A stretch of DNA of 64,000 nucleotides from assembly GCA_030141605.1 (NCBI GenBank), contig JAQGDQ010000043.1, forward strand, positions 558,001 to 622,000, in the 5' to 3' direction. This stretch comes from Tubiluchus corallicola (Eukaryota > Animalia > Priapulida). The number at the start of each line of letters is the position of its first letter. The stretch's first letter is position 1. Of this stretch, positions 51,063 to 64,000 are shown in pieces. Below the pieces are notes generated by a model. That model did not search any database, was not told the origin of the DNA, and saw only the letters and a list, made by a program, of their open reading frames with translations. A program made the translations under genes and the position numbers.

Positions 51063-53678
51063 TTAGTCAAACAGTCCAAATCCCATGTCATCATCACTCT
51101 CCTCTGATTCTTCTTTCTTTTCTTCTTGTTTCTCTGCTAAAAACAGAAGTTAGATTTTAAATTGCTTCTACTTTGTTTTATTTAATTTATAATCGATTCA
51201 ACAGCATCTAGAGACAGTTTTCTATAAAAAAGCAAGGTAAAAAGTTTTTGTTGCCAAACCTTACCAAATCATTCCTGACTGCTGGTGACAATTTACACAA
51301 GATTAAATCAGAATATTACTACAGTATATCCACTTATAACGAGGCCTGTTATAATAAGCCCCTGGTTTTACGAGCAAACTTCAAAGTCCCGCCAAATCTT
51401 AGGTTTAAATAATATATTTAAACGTTGCTTACAACGAGCTCCAATAGTACAAGATCTTGCTTATTATAAGGCAATTTTCTGGCCCCATGATTGTATTTAC
51501 CGAAAATTGAATTTATTGATCGCGCGCGAAGCAATGTGTGTCAAGTACAGCACATGCAGACGCGCTGATGTCATTGGCAAATACTTGCCCTTCTGCAATT
51601 GTAACTTAAAAAATGAAGCGGGTAACGACTCAGACACAGCAAAGACCAGTTTGTCAACATGTTAGCTTGAATAACCCAGTTGAAGCATAAACTGACAACT
51701 GACAATAACGTATTCTCATACCTTTCATAACTTGTCATGTTAAACTAAGATCTGGTGAAATTTAATGTAAAGCATGCAAAAATAACCGTAAATTATATAA
51801 CTAAATAATTCTGTGACTTTTTAAAATTGAATTTTTAATAAATGTACCACTAAATAAAGACCTTGATTTTGCATTATGTAACAAATAGGCTAGCCAGATA
51901 GCAGGTTTAGTTATGACCCAACTTCAGTCCTGCTAAAATGCTCAATCATAAATTATATTGCAATTGCACAGCTATTTAAATAAAACCAGCGGTGTTTTCC
52001 ACCCACGCAAACATCCAGGGTCTTGTGTGGGCATTTAAATGATTACAATACCTACGTAAAATGCACTCGACTGTCAACAGATATCACAATCAAAGCAACT
52101 CTGCAGCGGTTATAAGCAGGAATCTATTGCACAATATACTGCCTTAATATTAGAAATAAAGGAGGATAAACATAAGCTTACTCTTTTATGATAAAATAGT
52201 TGCTGAACTGTGAAATTTATTTTGAAAACTTGTGCTCTGTCATCGTTAACATCACATCAGCTTCATTTCTATGTATCATATAAGCTCAGATAATTGACGG
52301 TTACAGCGTGCAAATTTTGACGGTCCCTTGAAACTCGTTATAACCGGATTATACTGTACTGTGCTATTAGTGCAATACTAAAAAACCACCAAAAACCACA
52401 TTTATTAATTAGTTGCCTGGTTTTCAATACCATTTCTTCTCTTTTACAGTGCATAAAGTTACTTGGCTTACTTACTTCATAGTAGCACAGTACTAACATA
52501 CGAATTGTTATGTATACTTACTCAGAAATACTAGTGCCCTTATAATAATCTAACGAAATTAAGGCAGGTAATTTAGCAAGCTTACCAGCAGGCGCTTCCT
52601 CAGCTGCAGGTGCTGCACCACCGGCAGCTGGAGCACCACCGCCACCAGTTGGTACTGCTTGCAGTTTGGATCGACCTTAAATCAAAGATGAACTCATCAG
52701 TTAATTAGTTTACCCTGCAGTGTTCATTCTCAATCTACCACACATGAAAAATCCTAAAATCACTAAACTGTAACTCATTGAACTCACTATAACCAGGACA
52801 CGCACAGGTTTACAAGCTAATAAACATTTCTATAAAGTTTCACTTGGTAATTAAACATTTTTGAGCGGTGACAAAAACAAAAAATGGCAAACTTTTATAA
52901 TACTCTAGTTGGTAGTTAAAAACAGTTATCTATTGTTGCATATTCAGGCTCATAAAAAAACTTCGTTAGGATTGTAAGGATGACCTATTTCGTATAAAAG
53001 GCATTTGTGCTCTGAATCATGCTTGTACACTTTTTCACATTTTGGGTAATATACTGTAAACATACATAAACCACTGCATGTTAAACTATTAAGGAATGAA
53101 ACTGAATGAAAAAACAGTAATACAGATACACTGCTAAACTAGTAATTTTACAATATACTGTTCAAATTCAGTGTCACAAATTTTTAAGATTTAGATTTTA
53201 AGGCTAATCTAAATGGTCTATATGGTTTGCCGTTCGTCCACAGTTTATGCATACAAGTTTAGCACATAACTTATGCAAACTGAATTCAGTGCCAGAATTT
53301 CCATAATCTAAGCAAATCCTCACTATAACTTTTTACAAGAATCCAGAGAATTAAGGACCAAATTACATAGTTAAAGCACGATGAATTATAATTATTGAAA
53401 CAGCAAAGAGTGAATTTCAATTAAAATGATTTATTATAAGAACTAATCACTATAAATACTGACATCTTATTCACAAGTATCCCCGTTAGGTGTTTCTAAT
53501 GCATACCTTCAGCAATTAATTGTTCCAAATTTTTGCCTTTCAATTCACTAATGACCTTATTCATTCTTCCACTATCAGCCTCAATACCAACGCTACCTAA
53601 AATTTTCTTCAAGTCATCTTCAGATGGCTCAGTGTTGCCACCAAGTGCAGCAAGAAGGTAAGCCGCCACGTAACGCAT
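51063..53678 (-). CDS. RPLP2: 60S acidic ribosomal protein P2; coding exons 53678-53507, 52675-52586, 51136-51063
   Basis: MRYVAAYLLAALGG... to ...EESEESDDDMGFGLFD*. GT-AG phases are consistent; AATAAA at 50965-50960. Confidence 0.98.
51322..52356. mobile_element. pogo/Tigger-like MITE in an RPLP2 intron
   Basis: TIRs CAGTATATCCACTTATAACGAG and CTCGTTATAACCGGATTATACTG; TA TSD. Confidence 0.85.
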
Positions 53679-54019
53679 TCTTACGAATCTGCAAACATCA
53701 AAAAAGTAAACATACTAATATTAAACTATGGTAAACTAATAATTCCACACTTCATTAGTGAAAGTATCATTTTATAGCGATTAAATCACTTATTAAATAG
53801 TTATTAAATCAGCCAACCTTATCACTAGTTAAGGTTGCTGGGTTAGCAATTCAGTTATTATATAATTTTACATTACAGCGAATTTAAAAAATTATAAGGT
53901 ACAATTGTAACACAAATCAATGAAAATCCATATCTGATATCTGCATAAATGTAAAACGAAAAAATAAAATGAAATTATAAATTGCTCTAGCAAAAAACTA
54001 AACAAGAAAAATGCACAAG

Positions 54020-54185
54020 CAATGTATGCAGACAATCTTCAACGTGCTGCACAAGCATACTATAATTTCACACTGTTAGTGCTATATTCTGTGAGTCGTA
54101 ATAATGGACCGGAGCTACACTGCTGTACAGGAGTCTTCCAGAAACCCCAGCAATACGGATTTATACTCTCAGCCTTACTCACTGC
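54020..54185 (-). ncRNA. Candidate intronic H/ACA snoRNA in RPLP2 intron 1
   Basis: Long 5' hairpin closed by GUGAGU/ACUCAC, H box AGAAUA directly after it, a small middle hairpin, and a 3' hairpin GUAUGC/GCAUAC running into ACA. Same strand as the host gene. Confidence 0.5.
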
Positions 54186-54384
54186 TGAACAAATAATAGG
54201 GACTAACTGTAATACAACAGCATTGACAACATAGACGGTAACACTCAAGTTCACATTATGAAATTATAAACAAACATTAAATAATTCTAGCCGCATTTAT
54301 AAAAAAATAATAAAAGGATTACACAAGCCACAGATTATAACTTCGTACAACAGATTCATCAATACTAAATCATGAAAGCCTTAC

Positions 54385-54443
54385 TTTAAGTCCAGACAGA
54401 CACGAAACGCGTTAGTCAGATTTCACTTTAGTGGTGAAAAGAC
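54385..54443 (-). promoter_or_regulatory. RPLP2: RPLP2 non-coding exon 1 with TCT/5'-TOP start
   Basis: TCTTTTC polypyrimidine initiator (C at 54441), donor GTAAGG from 54384, acceptor TTTGCAG ahead of the ATG exon. Confidence 0.7.
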
Positions 54444-57400
54444 AGTGTTGGTTGCCCGAAGCCTCAAAGTTTGGTGAAAACTAGATCGCACCTCAAAAAT
54501 TTTGATTACGCGTGATTTCCAGATTCGCAGCGTGCAAAACGGTAATCAGTAATGTATCAGCTGCTGCAGAAAATGTTGAATTGTTGGTGCTACGAATGCG
54601 GTACACGTTACTGGCGACGTTTTTGAGTCAACAAAAAATTTACATCACGTATAATAATAGAATTTTAATGTTAGGATTAGCGAAAATTTGACTATGTGTA
54701 CAGTTAAGGTATTACAGTACTGTTGTGTTTTGTTTCTCTCGGAAGGCTCGTAGAGAAAACCAGAAACACGTCGTCAAATTAAACTAGTTTATTATACGAG
54801 AATTCTACAACACAAAAGTATGAAGGAACGCGAAATGTTGACAGTAAATGTGATAATCTGGAAACATTAAAGCGTATCTGAGAATACGAGGATACAAGAG
54901 AATAAACTTCAGTGGCCAGCTCCGCCTTATATATCAGTGCAAAAGAACAATCTAGAAATAGAAAGTTCTCGAAACTTCTACAAGGTAAGAAGATTGTTTT
55001 ACTATACTATAGAAGATTCTACAATATTCTATTTAATTCTAGTAGATCTCCACAACAAATACGTTACGGAATATGTTCATTAGACATAATTGTGTAGAGA
55101 CAGATTATATCAGCTACAGCATGCATTTTGTTTTCTAATCAACTATGTGTTCCAGAGCCCACCCGATAGAGCAAACATCATCTCATAATTAACATCAACC
55201 ATTAAATGTTTACCAATGATCAATCACGTGATTGTGTAAACTTTGACCTTTTCAATCAAACATATTTGCTGATAAAGTGAAGTTTCATACTAGTATTTCG
55301 TCATAAAGAAAGAACGACATCTGCATTCAAAATCAAAACAACACAGTACTGCATTAATACTATAATGCAGCGAGCAATGAAAAATATTATACAGCTTTTA
55401 CATGAATCCGGAGGAATCCTGCAAAGTTTATTGTTCGCTATTGTACAGAAATATATGTAACACTTAACTAACAATGATTCTGGCAAGGCGGCTTCTTAAA
55501 GGACTACCCTATTCAGCCTGGTGTATTAAGCAAACTGCTTACATTATATTTGTTTACATAATACATTCAAACCAGTCTGCCTGTGATTAAAATTTGCATA
55601 AATTGGAAATTCATGGGTTAGAATCAAAATGCCTTAATCTTCAAATGCTGATCATCGGTTTCAAAACACTGATGTAGTTTTACTATTTTTTCTTCTCTAA
55701 TGGCCTATAGATGTCACTGTGAGATTGGAAGCCTGGAATTGGAGGAGAGCAGTAAGTCGAAAGGAAGCTAAATGGAGCATCGATGGTTAAGCAAAATACT
55801 TATAAGTTGAATACTTATTAGGTTAGATTTGCACCATGCTAACAATTTTGTTCTGCATTGTTTTAAATGCTGCAAAATTGCCAAAACACGTAAAATCACA
55901 ATGAATGTTCAAATGGGCCAGTGAAAAAACAGGCAAGCACATTTTTGGATATTTATAAAGATAATAATTATAGGACTATGCAATGAATCTTTTAGACAGT
56001 AGAAGACAACAAATCAAAAACTGTTTGTTGAAGTGGCTGACCAACTAAGAGATCTCGTAGGCATTGAAAAATCGTGGTAACAGTGTTACATAAAAACATG
56101 AAACAAAGGTGTTTGGAAGAAAAAAGGTGTGAAGGAAAAAGTCCAACATGTAATAATATTACAACAAGGCCTTATGCAGAACATGAGTTTTCCAGTGGCA
56201 ATAGAGGTGTTCAAAACGAGTAAAGTTTCTGTATTAATCATTAGTAACACGAAAAGCCCCCACTTCAAATGTATGCAACAGATCAGCAGTGATACCAGCT
56301 GCCACAAAAGCTAGCTAGCTGTGGACTTGAGTAAGGTGTTTTCGTGTTATTCTTATTTGTTGCTGATACTGGCAAGTGAGGAGTGTACAGTGGAAAAAGA
56401 CAACATGTTGATGAGCATTTAGGGATAATTAAGGAAGTTTATTAAAGCTCCATAATATTTAACATTATCTGCCTGTAGCCTGCTTTGACGAAGTCTTTAC
56501 ATCAGGAACAACCGTCAAAAAAATCGTGTGACCTTGAAAGTTTGGGTGTGGTCCTATTTTGCCTGCTATCTTCTCGTAATTTCAATGTAAACTCTACTTC
56601 CAAATAACAAACTTTCACATCTCAAATTCTTTAAATAAACTACCACACAATCGCTCCTGTCCTATCCTGTCCTGTCCTGTCCAATCGCAACCACACAATC
56701 TCTACTATAGTTAATTATTCAATCCGCACGGGATTTGTGTAAAACCTACAATTTTTAGTACAGCATATTAAGGAACGTTTCAGCCTGACGTCATCGCTGT
56801 TGTGGGCTTCTTCTTCTTTTGCTTTAAACATCTATTATAGACATTGAGCCTCTAATCCTTTATTAGAGCTCCCTGCTGTTTTTTGGGCTGTGCTGTTTTT
56901 ATTAGCGCAGTGGGGCGGTGGCGCTGTTGTTGTTGTATATTACTTTGTAATAATATTTATTATTATCTATGTTCCATGGATATCAGCAATCTGTGGTGAT
57001 ATAACAGACTGGGAGATGCGATTTAACTGAAACCAAGTGAAAATGGTTGGTGGCTCCCCGTTTCGTTTTCGATTTGAACTGCAGAATGAGTGGCGGATTT
57101 AGTGTAATTTGGTAAGTTCACCAAGTTGTTAGAATCATCGTTTTATCCGTTGTATGTAAAATTTGTATGCACATAGAATAATGTATCAGATGATGAACCT
57201 AAAACTTTACTATCTACTTGATCTGCCATTCTGCAGATGCTACGTCTAACAGTTGTAAGTTAGACGGTCTAGTATGACTGTAACAGTCAATAAGGCAGTA
57301 ATGTTTAAGCATTAGTGTTTTGCCAGTAACTGTTGGCGGTTGCTAGAACGCTCTGGTCATCTGTGATCTCAAGAACTCTAGCTAATTTACGGTAGCGCTT

Positions 57401-58041
57401 TCTGGAATCTCGGGTAATAAGTATCTTCATCCTAACTTTTGGGACCAAGTCACAATTATTTCCCAGTTCATGTACACCTTTTCATTTTAAAAATTGAAAT
57501 TAATCCCCGTCATTAAAGATAATCCAAAGGCAATTACTTAAAAAATTACTCTGTGATTTTAATAGATAGAGCTAAATGTATTTCGTAATTTCACTCCTTT
57601 TGCTTCAGGTAAATTTCGAACCCACCTTCTTGTCTTGGTCACTGGTAGTAAGTTCACTTAATTGAAACAGCCAGACAGTGACTATTGGCTAATATGTTAG
57701 CTTATATATGTAGCTTTGGATGCGATGAATGTAATTTTTCGCATCCAAACTGATTATTCACTAAACTGATGGATATATTCCGGTGGATGTCTGTTGACTA
57801 TTTTGATGGATTTGTTGGATGCAATGGACGTTTAACTTCATTCATGTTGTCAATCGCATCCACTCATTTAGACTTTGCCTATTTTGTTAACCCACTCTTA
57901 GAACAACTCTAATGCTGTGCATTCGTTTATTTTGCAGGAAGTATTTTAGTGTCAGCTAAACAGCGTTGAGCTACACCATAAATATGCTATAAACATAACC
58001 TAGTAAAAGGTTTTTCAAGCTAGAACAACAAAAAACTGGAA

Positions 58042-61000
58042 ATGGCTGATAGGCTCACCCAGTTGCAGGATGCAGTAAATCAGGTATTTTCTTAATTAAA
58101 TTCATTTTAAACTTGAAAATGTAGAACAATCCTAGCTTTTGTCATTGTTAAGCAACATGTAGGCCTAGAATTACATAAAAATAGTTAGCCTCTAAGTAAA
58201 AAATTTTACTTGCATTTTGTGGTAGCATGTATGCATTCCTGGAAAAAAGTTGTTGTGAGATTTAAGCAAAATGTGTTCTGCAAAAATTACATCTGATTAA
58301 AGCATTCAAAATTAAAAATACACGATTGGAAGTAATTTTGAATTTAGAGACAATAGTGTTAGGATATTTATAAAATTTCTTATAAATTTTGAACTATGTA
58401 AACAGGTAAGGCACCATTCTGTTGGTCAAGAGGTGGTCGTACCCCTTCGTTAATGAGTCATTCCGATGGGTAACACTATAAAACCATTGTCTAGGAAAAA
58501 CTGCAAGCTATGCAGAACAACTAAATTGTCAGTTGAAAAGAAAACGTTAGTAGCTATTATGTGCAATAAATGCTGCTGAAATCATGCGGACCATACTGTA
58601 TTAACAATATGATAACAGCGACTCTTTTTGCATTGGTAGATACAACAGTGACGATTTTACGACAGCCAAAGTTGAACAGGCAACTGCATTTAAATTAAAA
58701 AAGAAATGAACTGACATGGTCTTTCGTAATCAACATAGATAGATGTAATCAGCCATAACTTTTGCACAAAGGCATTTTTGCTCTTTAAATGTGCAGAGTC
58801 ATTATCAGTCGATAAATTATGCATCTTTTATCACTCATCAAGCGGAAAGACTTGATAAAATGATAGAAACTGTTCAACAAAAGTTGGACAAAGTGGTTAA
58901 ACCAACATACAACTAATGAAAACTGTCTTGAGAAACAAAAACCTACAGTAATGCTAATGAGTCAGTTAAACAGTTGTAACCTTCTTACGATCCCGACCCA
59001 AAGTTCTCGAGTGTCGTTAGACATAAAATCCTGCTCCAATTTGTTTTTGAAATCACATTTGATTGATTTCCGGAGATCATACTTCACAATTTTATATCGC
59101 TCCTAATCACCAGATTTATAGGCTATTTGTCTCACCCAGATTTTAGATGAATATGTGCTGTTAATCCACAAATTTTAATTTGGATAAAGTAGCACTATCC
59201 TAGCTGGGCTGCAGGTCTCTTCCCAAAACTTCATATGCTCAACGACAGTGTCAGTGCATTCGTTTATTGACTCTGAGGAATTTAAGAAGAAATCTGTACA
59301 GTCATAGCAGCCTTAAAGACGTTCAGTGGCTTCACTGAACCTCACTGTAATTGTTGGTTTGACAGTTTTCTCACGCTTCAACTGTTGTTTATATTTTGGA
59401 ACCAGGTGGATCATGTTATGCCCTGCAACGCCCATGGGTGCACATTGTAAGACCTTATAAGCGTCCTTCACGGGTGTATAACAGTGATCTAAAATTTTGT
59501 CCTTCCTTTTATGACATTTAATGTATTGATAATAATTATGGAGTCTCGTTTTAAATTTGTGTGATTAAAATCACGTGTGATAGTAGAAATGGATCCTGGA
59601 TGAGCATTCTCTTGTCTTGTGACAAGCGTTAAGAACTTGTCGATGACGGAACCAACATTAACTTCCAGCTGGAGGTGTACTATTGTTAGTATGAGTGACA
59701 ATAATTCCCTCGGCAGGTAAAACGGGGCGGCACTTGACAGAAATTGTCCCTAGCTCAGGATGCATGTTTTTGAGAGAAGCTTAATGTTAGTACAGCAAGC
59801 ATCGTTAGCTTTTATACATACACCCCTCTTTTCCTTGTTAATGATGTCAAACATACGACCTGAACGAAAGAGCAGGAGTGAATCCTGGGGGTGTTATAAC
59901 GTGATCAGGCACTGTAGAACCTAACCAAGTTTCCGTGATACTGTAAATGCAGCAGTTCATAAAATCTTGTTGTTTGCGCATGTAACACAGCAGTTTATCC
60001 ATTTTGCTCTAAAAAGAATGAACATTCATTAAATACATGCTTCGTAATCCTGGACGGAAACCTCTTCTACATAATCTGGCTAACACCTCCTCTCCTACCT
60101 CGTTTCCGTTGCTGTTGAGCAGCCGAATGGATACATCTTTGGTCATGATCTGTAATGAATTTATTTACCAGATTTAGTTGCTTATTTAGCACTTATGTCA
60201 TGTCATCACATATACCTGATGCGAAACGGGTCCTCTTTGTCATAAGTGTAAGTAGCTGATGACTGAATAATAATTAATGACATCAAACTGAAGAAAATAA
60301 GAGCACGTAAAACCAACCTTGTCTACGTCTTGTCATATCTGCAGGCCTAATTCACTGCATCATAAAAATTTAACAGGTGAATGGTGCAGTTCAACACCTT
60401 AACATTATAAAAAACATCTACGAGAGTTATAGACTTGGTTTTTTTTGGAATGTCGGCTTGGTTACTTCACAATCCAATTCTTGAAGCTCTAATTATAAAG
60501 ACTTGCCCTCTTTCTTACTGACATAATTGTTCAACAGTTTGTTGAGTCTTGTCGACTACAATATTTAAAACTATTACATTGGAAACATTAAGTCAAAATT
60601 GAATTTAAAATAGTTTGGGATGTGATATATGATAACTTCACATTTAGTGAGCACAGGTGTACGAATTATTTTGTGAATTTTTTGCATTGGTTGATACATT
60701 GTAATATATTTATATTTACCATTACTATGGTGTTTTATTATCTTGCATTATTTACTCTTGAAGTTTCCATTCATGACCGATATACTTTTCTGTAAATAAC
60801 AGTTTTAAGAAAACCCTGTGAAATGTTTTCAAGCATTTGACTTTAGTTTTTCACTAATTTTTATGTTTCTTACAGATGGCAGATCATTTCTGCAACAGCA
60901 TAGGAATTATACAACAAACTGCACCGCCAAGTTCTTTCCCAGAATTTGACAAGTCAAGTTCCAAACAGTCAGCTTTACATGCTGACCAAAAGGGTAAGTT

Positions 61001-61936
61001 TGATAAAACTAAAGAGGCTGTTAATAGTTCAAGAATAATTTACAAAACTTAAGTAGGCAACAGAGTTGTGGAAAAATGCTAATCGACTAATTTTGCATGT
61101 GTGACAGAAAAATCAAATCTGGAGAAAAGTTTTAGATAAATAAATTTTTTTAAACTAGCAAAACTCTAATGATTTTAAACTAGCAAAATCTTGAATCAAA
61201 ATTTCTGATTATTTACGCGTTCCGTAACTATCTCACTTCACATTTATAAAATGTTGTGGAATTCTAATCATGGAAGTTAAAAATTTTGCAAGTCTTGCAT
61301 TTTGTGACATTAGTGTGACTTGAGCGTCATTTTCACTGAATTATAAAAATTTAAGTACTTAAACACTACCTCAAATTGAAATGTGTTAAAACCTGCTTTT
61401 GCGAATCACGAACAAAATCCACAAGACCCATTTGCGAAAATCCACAAGACCCATTTGCGAGACACTTACAAGAGTTTTAATAGCGCAGACAGTCATTTCA
61501 ACTATAATAAGTGTTAGAAGATTAATACACATTTTTTACACACTGTTACATTTTCCACAACCACAAGAGAGAACACAATATGAGAAATCTTACAAGAGTT
61601 GTTTGTATTTCTTGTACTTTTTTCTGAACTTGAGAGCTGACACATTTATTTTGAAACCTTTGCGCAGCTAAATTAGAAAATCAATATTAAAGACATCCTG
61701 ATTTTTTAAATTACTTAGTTATTGTCAATGTAATAGCTCAGTGGTAAATAATGGTGGTAATAGCTCAGTGACTATAGCAATGGTTTTGATTGCACTGAAA
61801 GCTTTTATGAGAGTTAATTCATCTGATATTTTCAGATTATGCTTTACTATTTGCCCAGTTGATTACTAGAACTGCTAAAGACATTGACATCTTGATTAGC
61901 TCTTTACCTAACGAGGAGTCTTCTGCAGAATTACAG
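58042..61936 (+). CDS. MED21: Mediator subunit 21 (SRB7), partial; exons 58042-58083, 60876-60993, 61836-61936; last exon beyond the window
   Basis: [14 protein letters not shown] / [18 protein letters not shown]... / [34 protein letters not shown], with phase-consistent splice sites. Confidence 0.96.
58900..60130 (-). mobile_element. Decayed Rex1/Babar-type LINE (endonuclease region) in a MED21 intron
   Basis: Fragments PSMYLMNV.S..SKMD.L, ITETWL, CRP-FYLPRE and DFNHTNLK, broken by many stops. Confidence 0.7.
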
Positions 61937-63238
61937 GTGTGATGATAAAACCTTAGGAATTATCAGCTGTGTCAAATGTTACACGACAGAAATGATAACT
62001 CTTTGGTAATAAAATGATAATTATGTTGCTTTTGGCAACTAGTTAGATTTTCTTAGTACACTAAGTGCCGCTTAATAGACTCATTTGGGATGAAAGTCTT
62101 TTGAGCCAATTAACCAACTGAATATATTAGCTGACGGACATACCATATTACTACCATAGAAGTATGAGTCATCACTCATCACTTTAGCATGTACTGCAAA
62201 GGCTTTAATTGGAGTTTAAAGCAAATTAATTCCTATGTGCAATGATTTAAGAATACTAATTTACATAAGTGAATTAATAAAAAAAATAAAAATGCTGCGC
62301 AAATTTGATTGTACCACTTAAAATACAAAAATTACAAAATGCATAAAATGCAAACATTTTACTTGTATAATTATAAAACACACAATTGAAAACACAAATT
62401 CCATTGTTTTTGCATGAAAAAGCCCGTTTCATAAAATTTTCTCATTTACTTAAAATTACTGCCGAGAAATTTGCCGTATAATTTCGAACAAGAAATAATC
62501 AGTTTTTGTGATACAGCAACTCACAAGCAAATGTTCTACATCTGTTCTCATCAGGGTCATCATAAAGCTGTGGAAAATAGTTGTCTAACGAACTGAACTA
62601 AAACTGAATATAAATTCGTTTGCAGGTTTTCTCTCCAGCCTTCATATTAATTGCTGTCTGTAACACAGTAGGCACTATTTATTAGACTCATGGTTAATAG
62701 AATCAGTTACCTAATTGACTCAAAAATGTCTTATATGAGCAGGTCTTATTTAAATGTATGAAAAAGCCACCAGCAATTGACTCATCTTAATCTGCATGAT
62801 TGACTCAACATTTTTGCTTTTTGTACTTATAATAAGGTATTTGTGTGTGCAGGGCCTATTTCAAGGGGGGGAAGTGGGGATACTTCCCCGGGGCCTCGCG
62901 CCAAGGTAAGATTTTTTTGCTTTATGCGAACATACTGCCACCTCTCTCCCTCTCTTGCCGCACGTGCGCCGTTTGCCAGTATTGACAAGTATTAAGGACT
63001 GGTCTTGAGAATAAAGCAGTTTTTCTTTCAATTGTTCCTTCCTTTAACAACTGTATAACTCCATATTTTCTCTTTGAAAATGCTACTCCGGCGTTCTAGC
63101 AGTTCAAAAATTTTCTGGGCGCCAACCATGGTTATAACACTAAGTAAAAAAAAAAATAAAACTTAAGTGTAACTATTTGCATTAAGTAGCTCTCACAACT
63201 GTGTAGTACATACAGTACATACTAAGCTGGTGGGTATA

Positions 63239-63890
63239 TTCTTCTTCTTTTTCTTCAAAGTCTCATTCCACCTATTGTAGACATTGAGGAATCAACATTT
63301 ATTAGAGTATTCCACCAACTTCTATCTGCAGCTAACAGCATAAGTTCTTCTACTCCTAAAGATAGATTTGGTTGAAGTTGTTCAACATCTTTATTTATCT
63401 TAGCTATCCAAGTTGTTTTTGGTTTGCCAGGTGGTTTTTTGCAAGGTTTTAAGATTTCCTTTAAGGCAATTCTTACTGGTGTATCAATTAGTAATCTTAG
63501 AAGATGTCCTAGCCATCTTAATCTTCAGATCTTGACTTTTGAACTCCAAGAAGTTTCTTTTGTTCTGATGTATAGATCATCATTTTTGATTATGTTTGGC
63601 CATCTTATCTTCAAAACTTTCCTTAGAAGACTTCTATGAAATGTGTCAATCTGCTTTTCTAGAGTAATCGTTAAACCACAAGTTCGCTGTTGTACATAAA
63701 TATGCTGGTAACGTAAGCATTAAATAATTGAAGTCTTATGCTAAGACTCAATTTCTTGCTAGTTAATGCGTTCCTGTGCTCAATAAAAGCATGCGTTGCT
63801 TGTTGTTTTCTACTTTTAATATCATCTTTGGTGTTTAGAAAAGGTGTACTTGCACTTTTTCCAAGACTGATTACCATCTCTTGCAATAAT
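63239..63890 (-). mobile_element. 3' end of an RTE-clade LINE
   Basis: IRLQLFNAYVTSIFMYNSE, LRWLGHLLR and GKPKTTW motifs, followed by a (GAA)n tail at 63239-63257. Confidence 0.8.
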
Positions 63891-64000
63891 ATATTCTTTT
63901 GTTTTTGACTGGTTTACTTGAAGATTTTTTTCTCTAGGTTTTTTGAAAAATCTTTTTTTATTGTGTTAGTTTGAAAATTTGATACACTGGTTCATAAGAT

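Noticed and set aside
61438-61460. Short tandem duplication of AAATCCACAAGACCCATTTGCGA
   Set aside because: Two copies in an intron, consistent with ordinary slippage.

Overview
AT-rich invertebrate (metazoan) nuclear DNA with spliced genes. Genes recognisable from reconstructed exons: PGAM5 (+, 42811-47821), ribosomal protein RPLP2 (-, 51063-53678) and MED21 (+, from 58042, running off the window), the last two head-to-head. There is also a ~1200-aa orphan terminal exon (33167-36785) and a small orphan gene (17377-22996). The window carries many hAT- and pogo-type MITEs, decayed CR1, Rex/Babar and RTE LINEs, tRNA-derived SINE heads and microsatellites. The stand-out feature is an intact, apparently full-length R2-superfamily retrotransposon (three zinc fingers, Myb, RT, CCHC knuckle, RLE; ~18361-22719, - strand) that sits outside rDNA and interrupts the small orphan ORF. 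Its insertion site resembles 18S rDNA (TGGTTGCAAAG....AACTT). Its 5' UTR holds an HDV-like ribozyme whose P1 partner appears to come from that 18S-like flank, a captured 18S segment with a 30-nt perfect core, and a duplicated covarying RNA domain. Together these point to an 18S-targeting (R8-like) R2 lineage caught at an off-target site. All rRNA comparisons use recalled consensus sequence; no searches or folding programs were run.
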